A stretch of DNA of 64,000 nt, from the NCBI RefSeq assembly GCF_006345805.1, contig NC_043013.1:15872001-15936000 (forward strand), written 5' to 3'. Positions 53,246 through 64,000 of this stretch are shown one piece after another. The position numbers were made by a program, and so were the translations under genes. Origin of the DNA: Octopus sinensis. Taxonomy: Eukaryota. Position 1 is the first letter of the stretch; every line of letters begins with the position of its first letter. The notes below the pieces were generated by a model, which saw only the letters and a program-made list of their open reading frames with translations, ran no database searches and was not told the DNA's origin.

Positions 53246-56233
53246 TAGGCCTGCAGTTTGTACATTACAGTCTGCCTTTCATTCTGAGAGAGAAACCTTT
53301 TGTTACCATTAAATCTCTGAACTCTCCCCAGCTTGTTTTTACTCAGGCTACGATACCACCAGAGGTAATCAGGTTACCTAGGTAACAGATTTGTTTGATT
53401 AAACCAGTGGTTATGAGCTAGGGTCCATACGGCCCTTGCAGGTCCATACAGGATTTTGTTATTGAAATTTATGAGTAATAAATTGCTTATACTTGTACAA
53501 TAAACAAAATATTTTAATTCTTTATGTGGCATGGCCATGTGGTAAGAAGCTTGCTTCTCAACTGCATGGTTTTAGGTTCAGTCCCACTACATGGTACCTT
53601 GGGCAAGTATCTTCTACTATAGCCTCAGGCCAACCAAAACATTGTGAGTAGATTTGGCTGACAGAAACTGAAAGAAGCCTGTTGTGTGTGTATGTGTGTG
53701 TGTGTGTGTGTCTGCGTTTGTCCCCCACCACTTAACAACCAGTGCTGGTGTGTTTATGCCTCCATAACTTAGTGGCTCAGCAAAAGAAACTGATAAAATA
53801 AGTACCAGGTTTAGAAAATAAGCACTGAGGTTGATTCATTCGACTAAAAGCTCTCCAAAACAGTGCCCCAGCATGGCCACAGTCTAATGACTGAAAGAAA
53901 TAAATGATAAAAAATAAATTCCTGATAATATAAAAATACAGTAGGAATTTTTTTTTATACACATCAAATGGCTATGAGGGTCCAGTTAGAGTAAAATAGG
54001 AATCAAAGTGACCCAGAGGCAAAAACTGGTTGGGAACCACTAGGCTAAGCCCTTCAAGGCATGTGCTCCAGTGTGACCACAGTCCAGTAACTGAAGCAAA
54101 CAGAATTGAAACGATAAAAAGATACTCCTACAACATCTTTTCATTCACACACATATATATATATATGTAGATACATTAAAACACTGCTTTTGTTCTGTTG
54201 TTGCAACACACTGCACTTAAACATAGAGATCGACGACAAAACTGTAGTAAACAGCTTTAAACTGCTTCCGAAAATAAAACTCATCAATAATTGTCAATAA
54301 TGAAAAAAATATTGATTAGGAAAGATGTTCTTTTTCCTTTGTTTTTCTTTTCGTTTTGTTACTGAATTTGTTTTTTTTTTTTTTTTAGCTTCAGAAATTT
54401 CTAGAAATTCTTCTGAAAAAAAAAAAGAAAGAAAGAAGGAAGTTTCCAACAAATTATTTAGTTTCTGAAACAAAAGAGTTGATTTAATTTTTGAAAATTT
54501 CATGGTTTTTTTTTTTTGAATATTTTTTTCTTCTTGTGGGATAGAGGATGGAATCAGGGAGAATAAATCAACAGAAATGGTAGGGTCTAAATCTGAATAA
54601 CCATCTGTAGTATTATGTTATGGTCGTATAGGTCCTGAGTTCAAATCTCACTGAAGCTGTGTCTTGAGTAAGATACTTTATTTCACATAACTCCAGTTCA
54701 TTCAGCTGTAGAAATGAGTTGTGACATCACTGGTTCTAAGCTGTATTGGTCTTTGCCTTTCCCTTGGATACTTGGATAACATTGGTGGCATGAAGAGGGG
54801 AGGCTGGTATTCATGGGTGAATGCTGGTCTTCCATAAACAACTTTGCCTGGACTTGTGTGCCTTAGAGTGAAAATATCTAGGTGCAATCTCATTGTCATT
54901 CACAACCGAAGGGGGTTTGCACACACACACACACACACTCATAGACTAAGCATAGCTGATAAATTGTGTAGACTGTGTCAAACCGACAAAGCATGGAGAG
55001 TATTTTTGGTCAAATCTATCAGACTAAATAAATACCTTACATTCTTTTGCACCCTGAGTTCAAATCCTTCCAGAATCAAGGTCAATTTTTTCTTTTACCA
55101 TTTCAAATCAGAGTTGGTTGCGGTGAGGAATGTTAGTGTGATAAAATCATTTCTAATAGGGTACAGAATTTGTACAAATTGTATGAAATCCTCCCTTGTA
55201 ATTTGTATCCTTCTGAGAATGTCAGAAATAATTACCATTATTGTCAAAGAGATCTTATCAGCTTGTCCCATTCAGTAATGCCTAGTAGGGGTTAGAGGTC
55301 ACCCTTTCTGCATATCACCAGCAAGTACCATAGCAGTAATACTTTGAACAAAAAGCCAATTGTTGCTTGTCGAAGAATTTGACAAATTCATTTTTCTGCC
55401 GAAGGCTGACATAATATTGTTTGGTTTGAATCAAAAACTGGAATGATTTATGCAAAAACCTTCTTGTCATCTTATTCCTTATTATTCCATTCATTTTCAT
55501 GAATAAGTCATTTGGTCTGTTCTGAATGAATTCCTTTCAGAAATAGCAAAAAAATTAAATTAATAAATAGATAAAGTAAAATAAGTAAAATTAAAAAAAG
55601 GCAGAATAAAGAACAAAAAAGCAAAACCTATCACCAGAATTTTTTTTTGTTTTTGTAAGTTCAGTCCAAGGAGGTGGGAGGATTGGAGGGTAAGTGGGAT
55701 GAATAATGGTATCAAAATGAAAATAAAAATAAATATAAAAAAAACAAGATTAAAACTAGTTTGTGCTTTCATATTTGATGGCAGTGCTTAGAAGAAGTAA
55801 ATGTTTTATTCAAGAATTTGGACACAGACAGTTTTGTGTGCATGCATGCATGTGTGTGTGTGTGTGTGCGTGTATGTGCAAGTGTGCGTGCACATGCGTG
55901 TATGTATGCATATGTGCTTATATATACATATTATGTATATATTATATTAATATATTATGTTATATGTTATTTTATTTATTATCAATGGAACTGGTAAAGG
56001 TCATGACACTAATATGATCAAATGACATCGGTGTTTGTTAGAGAACTCTTAAACCATTCATGGCAGAACTCTCCTGCTGAAACTTTCAACCATTCATTAT
56101 TATTATTATTATTGCAATAGCCCATGTATACATACATACATACATACACATACATACATACATACATACATACATACATACATACACACATACACACACA
56201 TACATACATACACACACACACACACATACACAC

Positions 56234-56272
<39 letters not shown>

Positions 56273-56724
56273 ACACACACACACACACAATATTAATATT
56301 TGTTTTCATGACAAGTAATATATATAAAAACAATTTAACATTAAAATGACAGATTACTCAGTTCTTTTAGTAGAATATATGTTTATCAAACTTTTATGAG
56401 AAAAAGGTTGACAGTGACTTCAAAGTTTTGGCTTGTTTGTCTTCATCAGACTATCATATGTGTGTGTGTGTGTGTATAAATATATATGGCACAAGAATGA
56501 AGGACAACTCAGAATAATAAGACTAAGATATAACAATTCACAATTATAGGCGCAGGAGTGTCTCTGTGGTAAGTAGCTTGCTTACAAACCACATGGTTCC
56601 AGGTTCAGTCCCACTGTGTGGCACCTTGTGCAAGTGTCTTTTACTATAGCCTCAGGTCGACCAAAGCCTTGTGAGTGGATTTGGTAGACGGAAACATCGT
56701 ATATATGTATATATATATAGATAG

Positions 56725-56758
<34 letters not shown>

Positions 56759-57444
56759 TTCTGTGTTTGTCTCTCCAACATTGCTTGACAACCTAGCGGT
56801 TTGGCAAAAGAGACCAATAAAATAAGTACTAGGCTTACAAAGAATAAGTCCTGGGGTTGATTTGCTTGACTAGCAGCGGTGCTCCAGCATGGCTGCAGTC
56901 AAATGACTGAAACAAGTAAAAGATAAAAGAGTAAAAGAGAATTAAACATCGTGTGTAACCATCATCAACTGCCAGATGGATGTCACTATGATCCCAACAC
57001 CTGGGCAATTCCACAGAATCTGGTGGGGTCAACAGTGTTAAAAATATAAGCACCGCCTGGGAATTCTCCAGCTTATTACTACAAGTAGCAACACATCAAA
57101 GTAAACAAACAGAATTAATTTTTAGTTACAAAATAGTACTTATAAAACAAAGGACTTATTCTAAAATGGATATTCAGACAATACAACAAACATAGACTAT
57201 ACTTGATACATTGTTTCTCAATGTACATCACATCACAAACGTCATATCACACAAAAAGCAAGCTGAATAAAGACTACTGGAACTGTATATCTCATAAACA
57301 ATGTCCTTGAACAATATACAATCAAAAGGACAAGCTTAGATCAATATCTATGGAAATATGTTCAATACTATAAAAATATATAAACCAAATAAATTGCTTA
57401 TTAAAAGTAAAACAACAAAATAAAAATGGATATATATATATATA

Positions 57445-57660
57445 TTCAGGGTTGGCCAAAAGTCACCCGACAGTAAATCAAAACCATTTAATTCCAAGAT
57501 TTATTTATGTTTAACAACTGAGTGAATTTAATAAGAGCATCTGAATATGGAACATCATGAAAATTGTTCAAACTGAAGTCCTTCTTGAGCGATACCATTT
57601 TCCCATTTGAGTCGATACAGAATTGCAGATAGTATTTATGGAATGAATCAACCCCTTATG
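57445..57660 (-). mobile_element. Terminal fragment of a Tc1/mariner-type element
   Basis: TA-preceded TIR-like CAGGGTTGGCCAAAAGTCACCCG. Minus-strand IAQEGLQFEQF resembles a transposase C-terminus. Confidence 0.5.
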
Positions 57661-58059
57661 TGTTTTTTTAAGCTTGAGGCTTAGTCTTTTGATTTCTTTT
57701 GGTGAACCACCTAGTTATGGGATATAAACACACCAACACCAGTTGTTAAGCAGTAGTGGGGGCAAAACACAAACACAAAGACACATTAGCACACACATAT
57801 GTATACATACATATATATATGTATGTATGTATATAATAATATAAATAATACACTCTCGGAGACTACGCCCTCAGAGTGGTTGGCGTTAGGAAGGGCATCC
57901 AGCTGTAGAAACTCTGCCAGATCAAGACTGGAGCCTGGTGCAGCCATCTAGTTTGCCAGCCCACCGTCAAACTGTCCAACCCATGCTAGCATGGAAAGCA
58001 GACATTAAACGATGTTATGAGTACTTGTAATCTGCTGTAGGGTCTCCTAAATTATTATG

Positions 58060-58560
58060 TCTTTTACAAAGTTTTATGTGCCAGAACATGTGTGTTTTAT
58101 TTATAAAGTATATATGCACTGTTTATAATATACATATGTGCCTTTTATAAAGTGTATATGTACTATTTATAAAGTATGTATGTAACATTTATAAAACGTG
58201 TGTCCTTTATAAAGTATTATTTGCTGTTTATAAAGTTTTATGTGTCATTTATAAGGTATGCATGCATCATTCATAAAGTATGCATGTACAATTTTTTGAA
58301 GTAGGCATGTGTAATAAAGTATGTATGTGTACTGTTTATAAGGTATTGATTGATTGATTCTAGTTTCAGCTCACGAGCTGTAGCCGTGCTGGGGCACCGC
58401 CATTGCGTCATTTATAATATGCGTCATTTATAATATGTGCATATGTTATTCATAAAGTATGTATGTGCTGTTTATAAAGTTGTGTGTGATTTATAAAGTA
58501 TGAGCGTTTGTAGCATTTATAAAGTATGTTTCAGAACATGTATGTGTCATTTATAAAGAA
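58060..58560. repeat. Degenerate minisatellite of about 20 bp built on TTTATAAA
   Basis: Roughly 20 units of TTTATAAAGTATGTATGTG-like sequence, interrupted by a SINE-tail fragment at about 58345-58400. Confidence 0.85.
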
Positions 58561-59227
58561 CAAATAATTTTTCATTTTCAGAATCATTAGACTGTAAAAT
58601 AAAATACCTTGTGGTATTCAACTACAATGCTTTGTTTTGCTTTTAAACCCAACCGAAGTCAACTTTGCCTTTCATCCTTCCAGAGCTGATAAAATAAACC
58701 ACCAGTCAAATATCGGTGCTCATTTATAAGTGACTGTTTCAATTATAAGTCGTGAGTGCTGATGGCTATTCTTCATGGTAACACTTTTGCCATTATGTCT
58801 GTGAGGTGCAGTTGGACGCTGTTCAGACTGGGGTGTACAGTCTGTTACCCCCTTTCCACCCTTTCTTTCATTGCTTAATTCTCTTGTATTTTTTATTTGG
58901 TCTCTTGTTGAAAGAATTTTTTATGGTAGCTGGGTGGTTGATTTTTGATTTCACTTACATTTTTGAAAAGTAAAAGATCAGCTTAATTATAATACGTCTA
59001 ACTTTAATGCTCCTATTAAATATCCTTGATGAGAATGGAATTAGAATAGATGACTTAAAATGGTCAATGTACACTCATGAAACTATTGTCGTTCTTGCTG
59101 TCATCACTGTTGTTGTTCGTGGCAGTGGTGTGGTTGTTGTTGTCATTGTTTACAAGACCATAGCTCAATAGTAAGACACAGCTGTAGGAAAGCCGATGAT
59201 CAATCAGTGAAATAAAAATTAATCGGA

Positions 59228-59267
59228 CAATATGCAAATGAGCTAAATCAATATGCAAATGAGCTAA
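59228..59267 (+). promoter_or_regulatory. Tandem octamer motifs (2 x CAATATGCAAATGAGCTAA)
   Basis: Perfect 19-bp direct repeat with a 21-bp period, each copy containing ATGCAAAT. Function is not demonstrated. Confidence 0.3.
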
Positions 59268-59539
59268 GTTTGTAGGAACTATTCCAGTCATGTTAACACA
59301 TGTGAATAATTGGATATAAAAGCACAAATAGTCAACAATCAATATTTTATTTTATTTCACTGAAGTTGGATAAAAAGAATAAGTTGTTAGAAGATGACAG
59401 ACATGAGCAACAGAGGGTGAAGGATTTAGCTGTGGTCTCATCACCATCATGTATTGTCTGATCTCAGCAAGTTTAATATCAAGGATCATTCTAGCATTAT
59501 CTATGGTTAACTACAGGTAGGACATATAAGAAGGGAGGG

Positions 59540-59880
59540 TCAACTGGGACCCTAGGATGTAAGGAGGGACCTGAAGATCCAGGACAAGCCTTGAAGATTC
59601 AAAGAGTGGCTTGGTGATCTAAGGAGGAGTCTTGAGATCCAAGGAAGAGCCCAAAGATTCAGTAGTGGGAGGAGATTTGATGAAGGGCCTGAAGATCCAA
59701 GATGTGACACAAAAAAAATCAATATGACATCATGACATCTGAAGATCCAAAGAGGAGCTAGGAGATCAAGGAGGGGTCAGATATCCAAGGAGAAGCCAAG
59801 AGATAAAATATGGTCCTGTAGACCCAAGGAAGGGTCTTGAGATTCAAAGGTGGACTTGGAGATCCAAGAGGTGCCTTGGA
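59540..59880. repeat. Degenerate minisatellite of about 20 bp (GGAGGGCCTTGAAGATCCAA-like)
   Basis: Recurring GAAGATCCAA/GAGATCCAA/GAGATTCAA motifs. Confidence 0.8.
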
Positions 59881-61157
59881 AATTTCTGACAATGAGAGAA
59901 ATCCACAACCCCTTATAATAAAAATAAAAGATAAAGTTGAGTGCAGTGGGTTTTGAACTCAGGAAGCAGAGCATCAAAATAAACATTGTGAAGCATTCTG
60001 TCTGATGCTCTAATGATGACTCTTCCAATTCACTATCATGTTAGAACCCAGTTTCCCCACCCTTTACTTTATAACTGTGTGGTCTGTTATGGGAGGAAGG
60101 GGTGATGTCTGTCCGTCTAGCTGTAAAAAAATAAAAATCAATTGCTATTAGGAATAAATCAATACACCAATAAATGAATTTAAAAATGTGCAGGAAGCTT
60201 ATATGTGGCTGCTCGGTTGATACGCTGGATAATGTACTTCTATATTCAGTGCATTTAGGAAAGAAAAAAAAAATGGGAGAGTCATGGCTGGAAACGCCTT
60301 TGATTATAAGTCTACTGGATAAAGGTTGTCGTTTTACTGGACAAAAGCAACAAGAGCAACAACAACAACAACAACTCTTAACAATAACAACGACCCTAAT
60401 AACTATGGTAACGACAGCAATGACAATATCAATAATTACAATAATAATGATTTCTTTATTTAATCACAAGAGACAGAACAGGACAAAGCAAAGAATGTGT
60501 GTGAGTGTGTGTTGTTGTGAGGGTTTTGTGTGTAAACAAGACTAACATAATGAAACAAAAAAACAAGGGCTATTATAACTACAGCTATAATAATAATAAT
60601 CATCATCATCATTTAACGTCCGCTTTCCATGCTAGCATGGGTTGGACGATTTGACTGAAGACTGGCAAACCAAACTCCAATCTGATTTGGCAGAGTTTCT
60701 ACAGTTGGATGCCCTTCCTAATGCCAACCACTCCGAGAGTGTAGTGGGTGCTTTTATGTGCCACCAGCATGAGTGCCAGTTTGGTGGTACTGGCAATGAC
60801 CATGCCCAAATGGTGCTTTTTATGTGCCACCTGCACAGGTGCCAGTCTAGTGGCACTGGCGACGAGCTCACTCGAATATTTCACATGTCACCAGCTCAAG
60901 TGCTAGTAAGGCGACGCGGTAACAATCATGCTCGAATGGTGTGTTTAATGTGCCATTGGCACGAAGGCCAGCTTGTTGCTCTGGCAACAATCTCACTCGT
61001 ATGGTACTCTTAGTGCTCCACTAGCAACGGATGCCAGTCACCAAGTTTGATTTCGACTTCGATTTCACTTGCCTCAACTGGTCTTCGCAAGCAGAGTTTA
61101 GTGTCCATTGAAAAAAGGCACGCATAATTGGACTGGTTACACCCCTAGCATAGGCCT

Positions 61158-61659
61158 GGAAGTGTTATCATGTACATTGTTTTGTCTAGGTATAAAAAGA
61201 TGGGCTACAGCAAATATTCTGCTCAATGTACAGATTTGCTTGTCAGTTGTTTGACCATAACCAGTTGAGCATGTCCCTTAGTGGGTGATGATATGTGCAT
61301 CTCTGATCACGAGTAGAAGTAGTGGGGGAGCATCATAGCCATGTGTTGAGAGGGATTCTTTGGGGTTTGAATAATTCACCTCTGGAAACATGGGTGTTTC
61401 ATTCAACATCCTTAAACAACCCTTAATCAGGGACCTTTTGAGTAGGATGGGTTACCCAACCAGAAGAAAATTCTAACTGGGCCCCACCCGCAAGGTCATG
61501 CGCTGTTTATCTTGTTATGAGATCACCATGTCGCGCACATATGGTTGTGATGCATGTGCCTGGTGTACCATTATCAGACGGGTAGTCATGATGGGTATAC
61601 TGGGCTTCGTATATTTGTACCCCAGTGTCACTTTGATGGCATGCACTGCTCTCTCACTC
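61158..61659 (+). mobile_element. Second copy (5'-truncated) of the (TAA)n-tailed element
   Basis: Reverse complement of about 38019-38520, followed by (AAT)n. Confidence 0.8.
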
Positions 61660-61712
<53 letters not shown>

Positions 61713-61720
61713 CAATAATA

Positions 61721-62256
61721 GGTGGAGGCTAGAGAGAGGCAAGACATGGTATGAGCACAAACCGCAGAGAGTGGCAGAGTTGGAGACTAGCAAAATCCTC
61801 TGGGATTTCCCAATCCAAACAGATCAGGTGTTATAGCATAACAGACTGGACCTAGTGGTGGTGGACAAGGTGTACCACATATGCTATATAATTGATGTTG
61901 CATGCCCCTTTGACCCACGAATAGTCAAGAAGGAAAACGAAAAGATAGATAAATACAACCCTCTTAAGTACGAAATAGCCCAGCTATGGACAATGAAGAA
62001 GGTGAAAATAGTGCCAATTATTGTTGGGTCTTTGGGAACAGTATCAGAAGGCAACAAACAAGAATATAAAGGAAATTGGAATAGAGTGTCCAGCAGAACT
62101 GTTACAAAAGGTTTGCCTCCCTGGCATGGCCTGAATAATCAGGAAAGTATTAGATAGCTGAAAAGAATGAATAGCATGGTACTGTAGGCCGCAGGTAGCA
62201 AGCCCACTACACATGCAAGACTCCAGGAGCTCCAAAAGAACCTGTGATAAAGAGAA
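61721..62256 (+). mobile_element. 3' fragment of an RLE-type (R4/Dong-like) non-LTR retrotransposon inside (TAA)n
   Basis: WYEHKP...KILWDFPIQTD...HNRLDLVVVDK...IIDVACPFD...KENEKIDKYNPLKYEIAQLW...VPIIVGSLG. AAT repeats on both sides. Confidence 0.85.
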
Positions 62257-62493
62257 ATAATAATAATGATAAAACTAAAAATAATATTTTCTTCATTAAC
62301 CACTAAGGGTTCACAAAAATAAACTGGGGACAGTAGAGGACAATACAATGTGAGGTAACATAAAAGGCATGTAAAAAAGTAAAAATTTCAAAAATAGAAA
62401 ATTTTAACCAAGAATAATTCCCCAAAAGAAGGAGACTATCTGCTCATTGAAACCCCACAAAACCACAGAGGCCCTGACCACTAGGGCAAATAC

Positions 62494-62565
62494 CTTCTCC
62501 ACATCATCTACAGGTGCATGTTTAGAGGCCCATTCACTCAAACCATTCTTATGATATTCATCCAC
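62494..62565 (-). CDS. Weak candidate internal exon (VDEYHKNGLSEWASKHAPVDDVEK)
   Basis: 72 nt, phase 0-0, acceptor TTTTCTTGAAAG and donor AAG|GTATTT, in unique sequence. No homology recognised. Confidence 0.2.
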
Positions 62566-64000
62566 CTTTCAAGAAAATTGCTGGTGGGGGAGAACACTTC
62601 TCTCTCCATCCTCACTTTCCTTTTCAAGTGAAACATGAAAAAGTTGATGAGAATAATCGTAATAACGATTTCAAATTTTGGGCACAAGGCCAGCAAGTTT
62701 GGGGGAAGGGATAAGTCAATTACATCGACCCCAATATTCAGCTGGTACTTATTTTATTGACCCTATAAGGATGAAAGGCAAAGTCAACCTCAGCGGAATT
62801 TGAACTCAGAATGTAAAGATAGGTGAAATGCTTACAGCATTTCGCCTGGCATGCTAATGATTATGCTAGCTCACTGCCTTTATAATAATAGTAATAACAA
62901 CAACCACAAAATGATAATAACACTCAAACAATCCCAATAACATCAACAACAAAAACAATAATAATGGTTTCAAATTTTGGCACAAGGCCTGCAATTTCAG
63001 AGGAGAGGAAAGTTGATTACATTAACCCCAGTGTTCAACTGGTACTTATTTTATCGATTCCAAAAGGATGAAAAGTAAAGTCAACCCCAGCAGAATTTGA
63101 ACTCAGAACATAAAAGTGGATGAAATACCACTAGGCATTTTGCCTGGCATGCTAATGATCCTACCAGCTTGCCGCCTAAACAATAACAATAATAATAACG
63201 ACCATAACAACAGCAATAACAAGAACAATTACAGCAACAACAACCACCACAACAACAGCAACCACCACAACAACAGCTTACATAAGACAACAAAAATGAG
63301 CAAAAACTATACATGATGGTGATGATGATGATGATGATGATGACGGTAATGACAATGATGATGATAATGATGTTGATTATGATGACAATGGTAGTGGTTG
63401 TGGTGATGATGATGATCATGAGTCACAATCACAAAAAGAAAATCATAATCATAAAGAAAGGTCATTATCATAAGCAAAAGACATGACATCAACAATAGGT
63501 CAAAGGTCATAAACTTAAAGAAAAGCCATAGATATAAAAAAGATCATAAAATATATAAGAAAGTTGTAACGGTATTAGGTCAGATGAAAATCATAAAGAA
63601 TGGTCATAATTGTTGAAGAAGAGATTACGGTTATAAGAGATAAAATCGTAATAAGAAAAGGAGGTCCTAATTAAAACCATCATCATTATCATCATCATCA
63701 TCGTTGTTATCATCATCATCATTATCATCAGCATTGTCATTTTAACATCCACTCTTCTCAGTTTGCATGAATTAGATGGAGTTTTATTGAGGCAGATTTT
63801 CTACGGTCAGATGTCCTTCCTCTCGTCAACACTCACGTGTTTCCAAGCAAGGTAATATTTGTCCACGGCTAGATACGTTTTTACAGAATATTAGAAATGA
63901 ACGACACTGCTTATATGACAGTGATGATCATTTACAATTATCATGCAATGTCAAGACAAAAAGACACACACACACACACACACATACTTTCTCACACAAA

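Noticed and set aside
55130-55530. Several short open frames in unique sequence
   Set aside because: Open on both strands with weak splice signals and no recognisable motif.
56415-56454. CTGATGAAGAC...AAAAC on the minus strand
   Set aside because: The core is present but helices I-III do not pair; at best a decayed remnant.
58060-59880. CRISPR-like repeat/spacer appearance of the minisatellites
   Set aside because: The repeats are degenerate, the spacers are not unique, no cas genes are present and the context is eukaryotic.
61060-61157. Possible HDV-like ribozyme at the 5' end of SINE family C (contains GCGAA)
   Set aside because: I could not build the P1/P2/P3/P1.1 nested pseudoknot by hand.

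Overview
AT-rich, repeat-saturated animal genomic DNA. The microsatellite load and SINE families suggest an octopus-type cephalopod; this is inference, not checked against any database. There is a 100-N scaffold gap at 836-935. I recognise no host protein-coding gene, and nearly all ORFs in the supplied track are translations of microsatellites or SINEs. The window contains at least four tRNA-derived or LINE-tail SINE families, decayed LINEs (a 2.65-kb RTE, a second RTE-like RT fragment and two RLE/R4-like fragments) and a Penelope-like element (RT plus GIY-YIG). It also holds Tc1 (DD34E), mariner and maT (DD37D) transposon relics, hAT MITEs and two non-autonomous Helitrons. The most notable signal is a set of five minimal type I hammerhead ribozyme folds in unrelated Penelope-type repeats. 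One has a GUGAACA core in place of CUGANGA, a compensatory G3-C8 swap of the catalytic C3-G8 pair, inside an otherwise fully paired fold. Secondary observations are an apparent SINE insertion hot spot in a hAT MITE, an old inverted duplication, a nested Helitron/SINE/RTE stack with a long target-site duplication, (TAA)n-associated elements and mix-and-match SINE tails.
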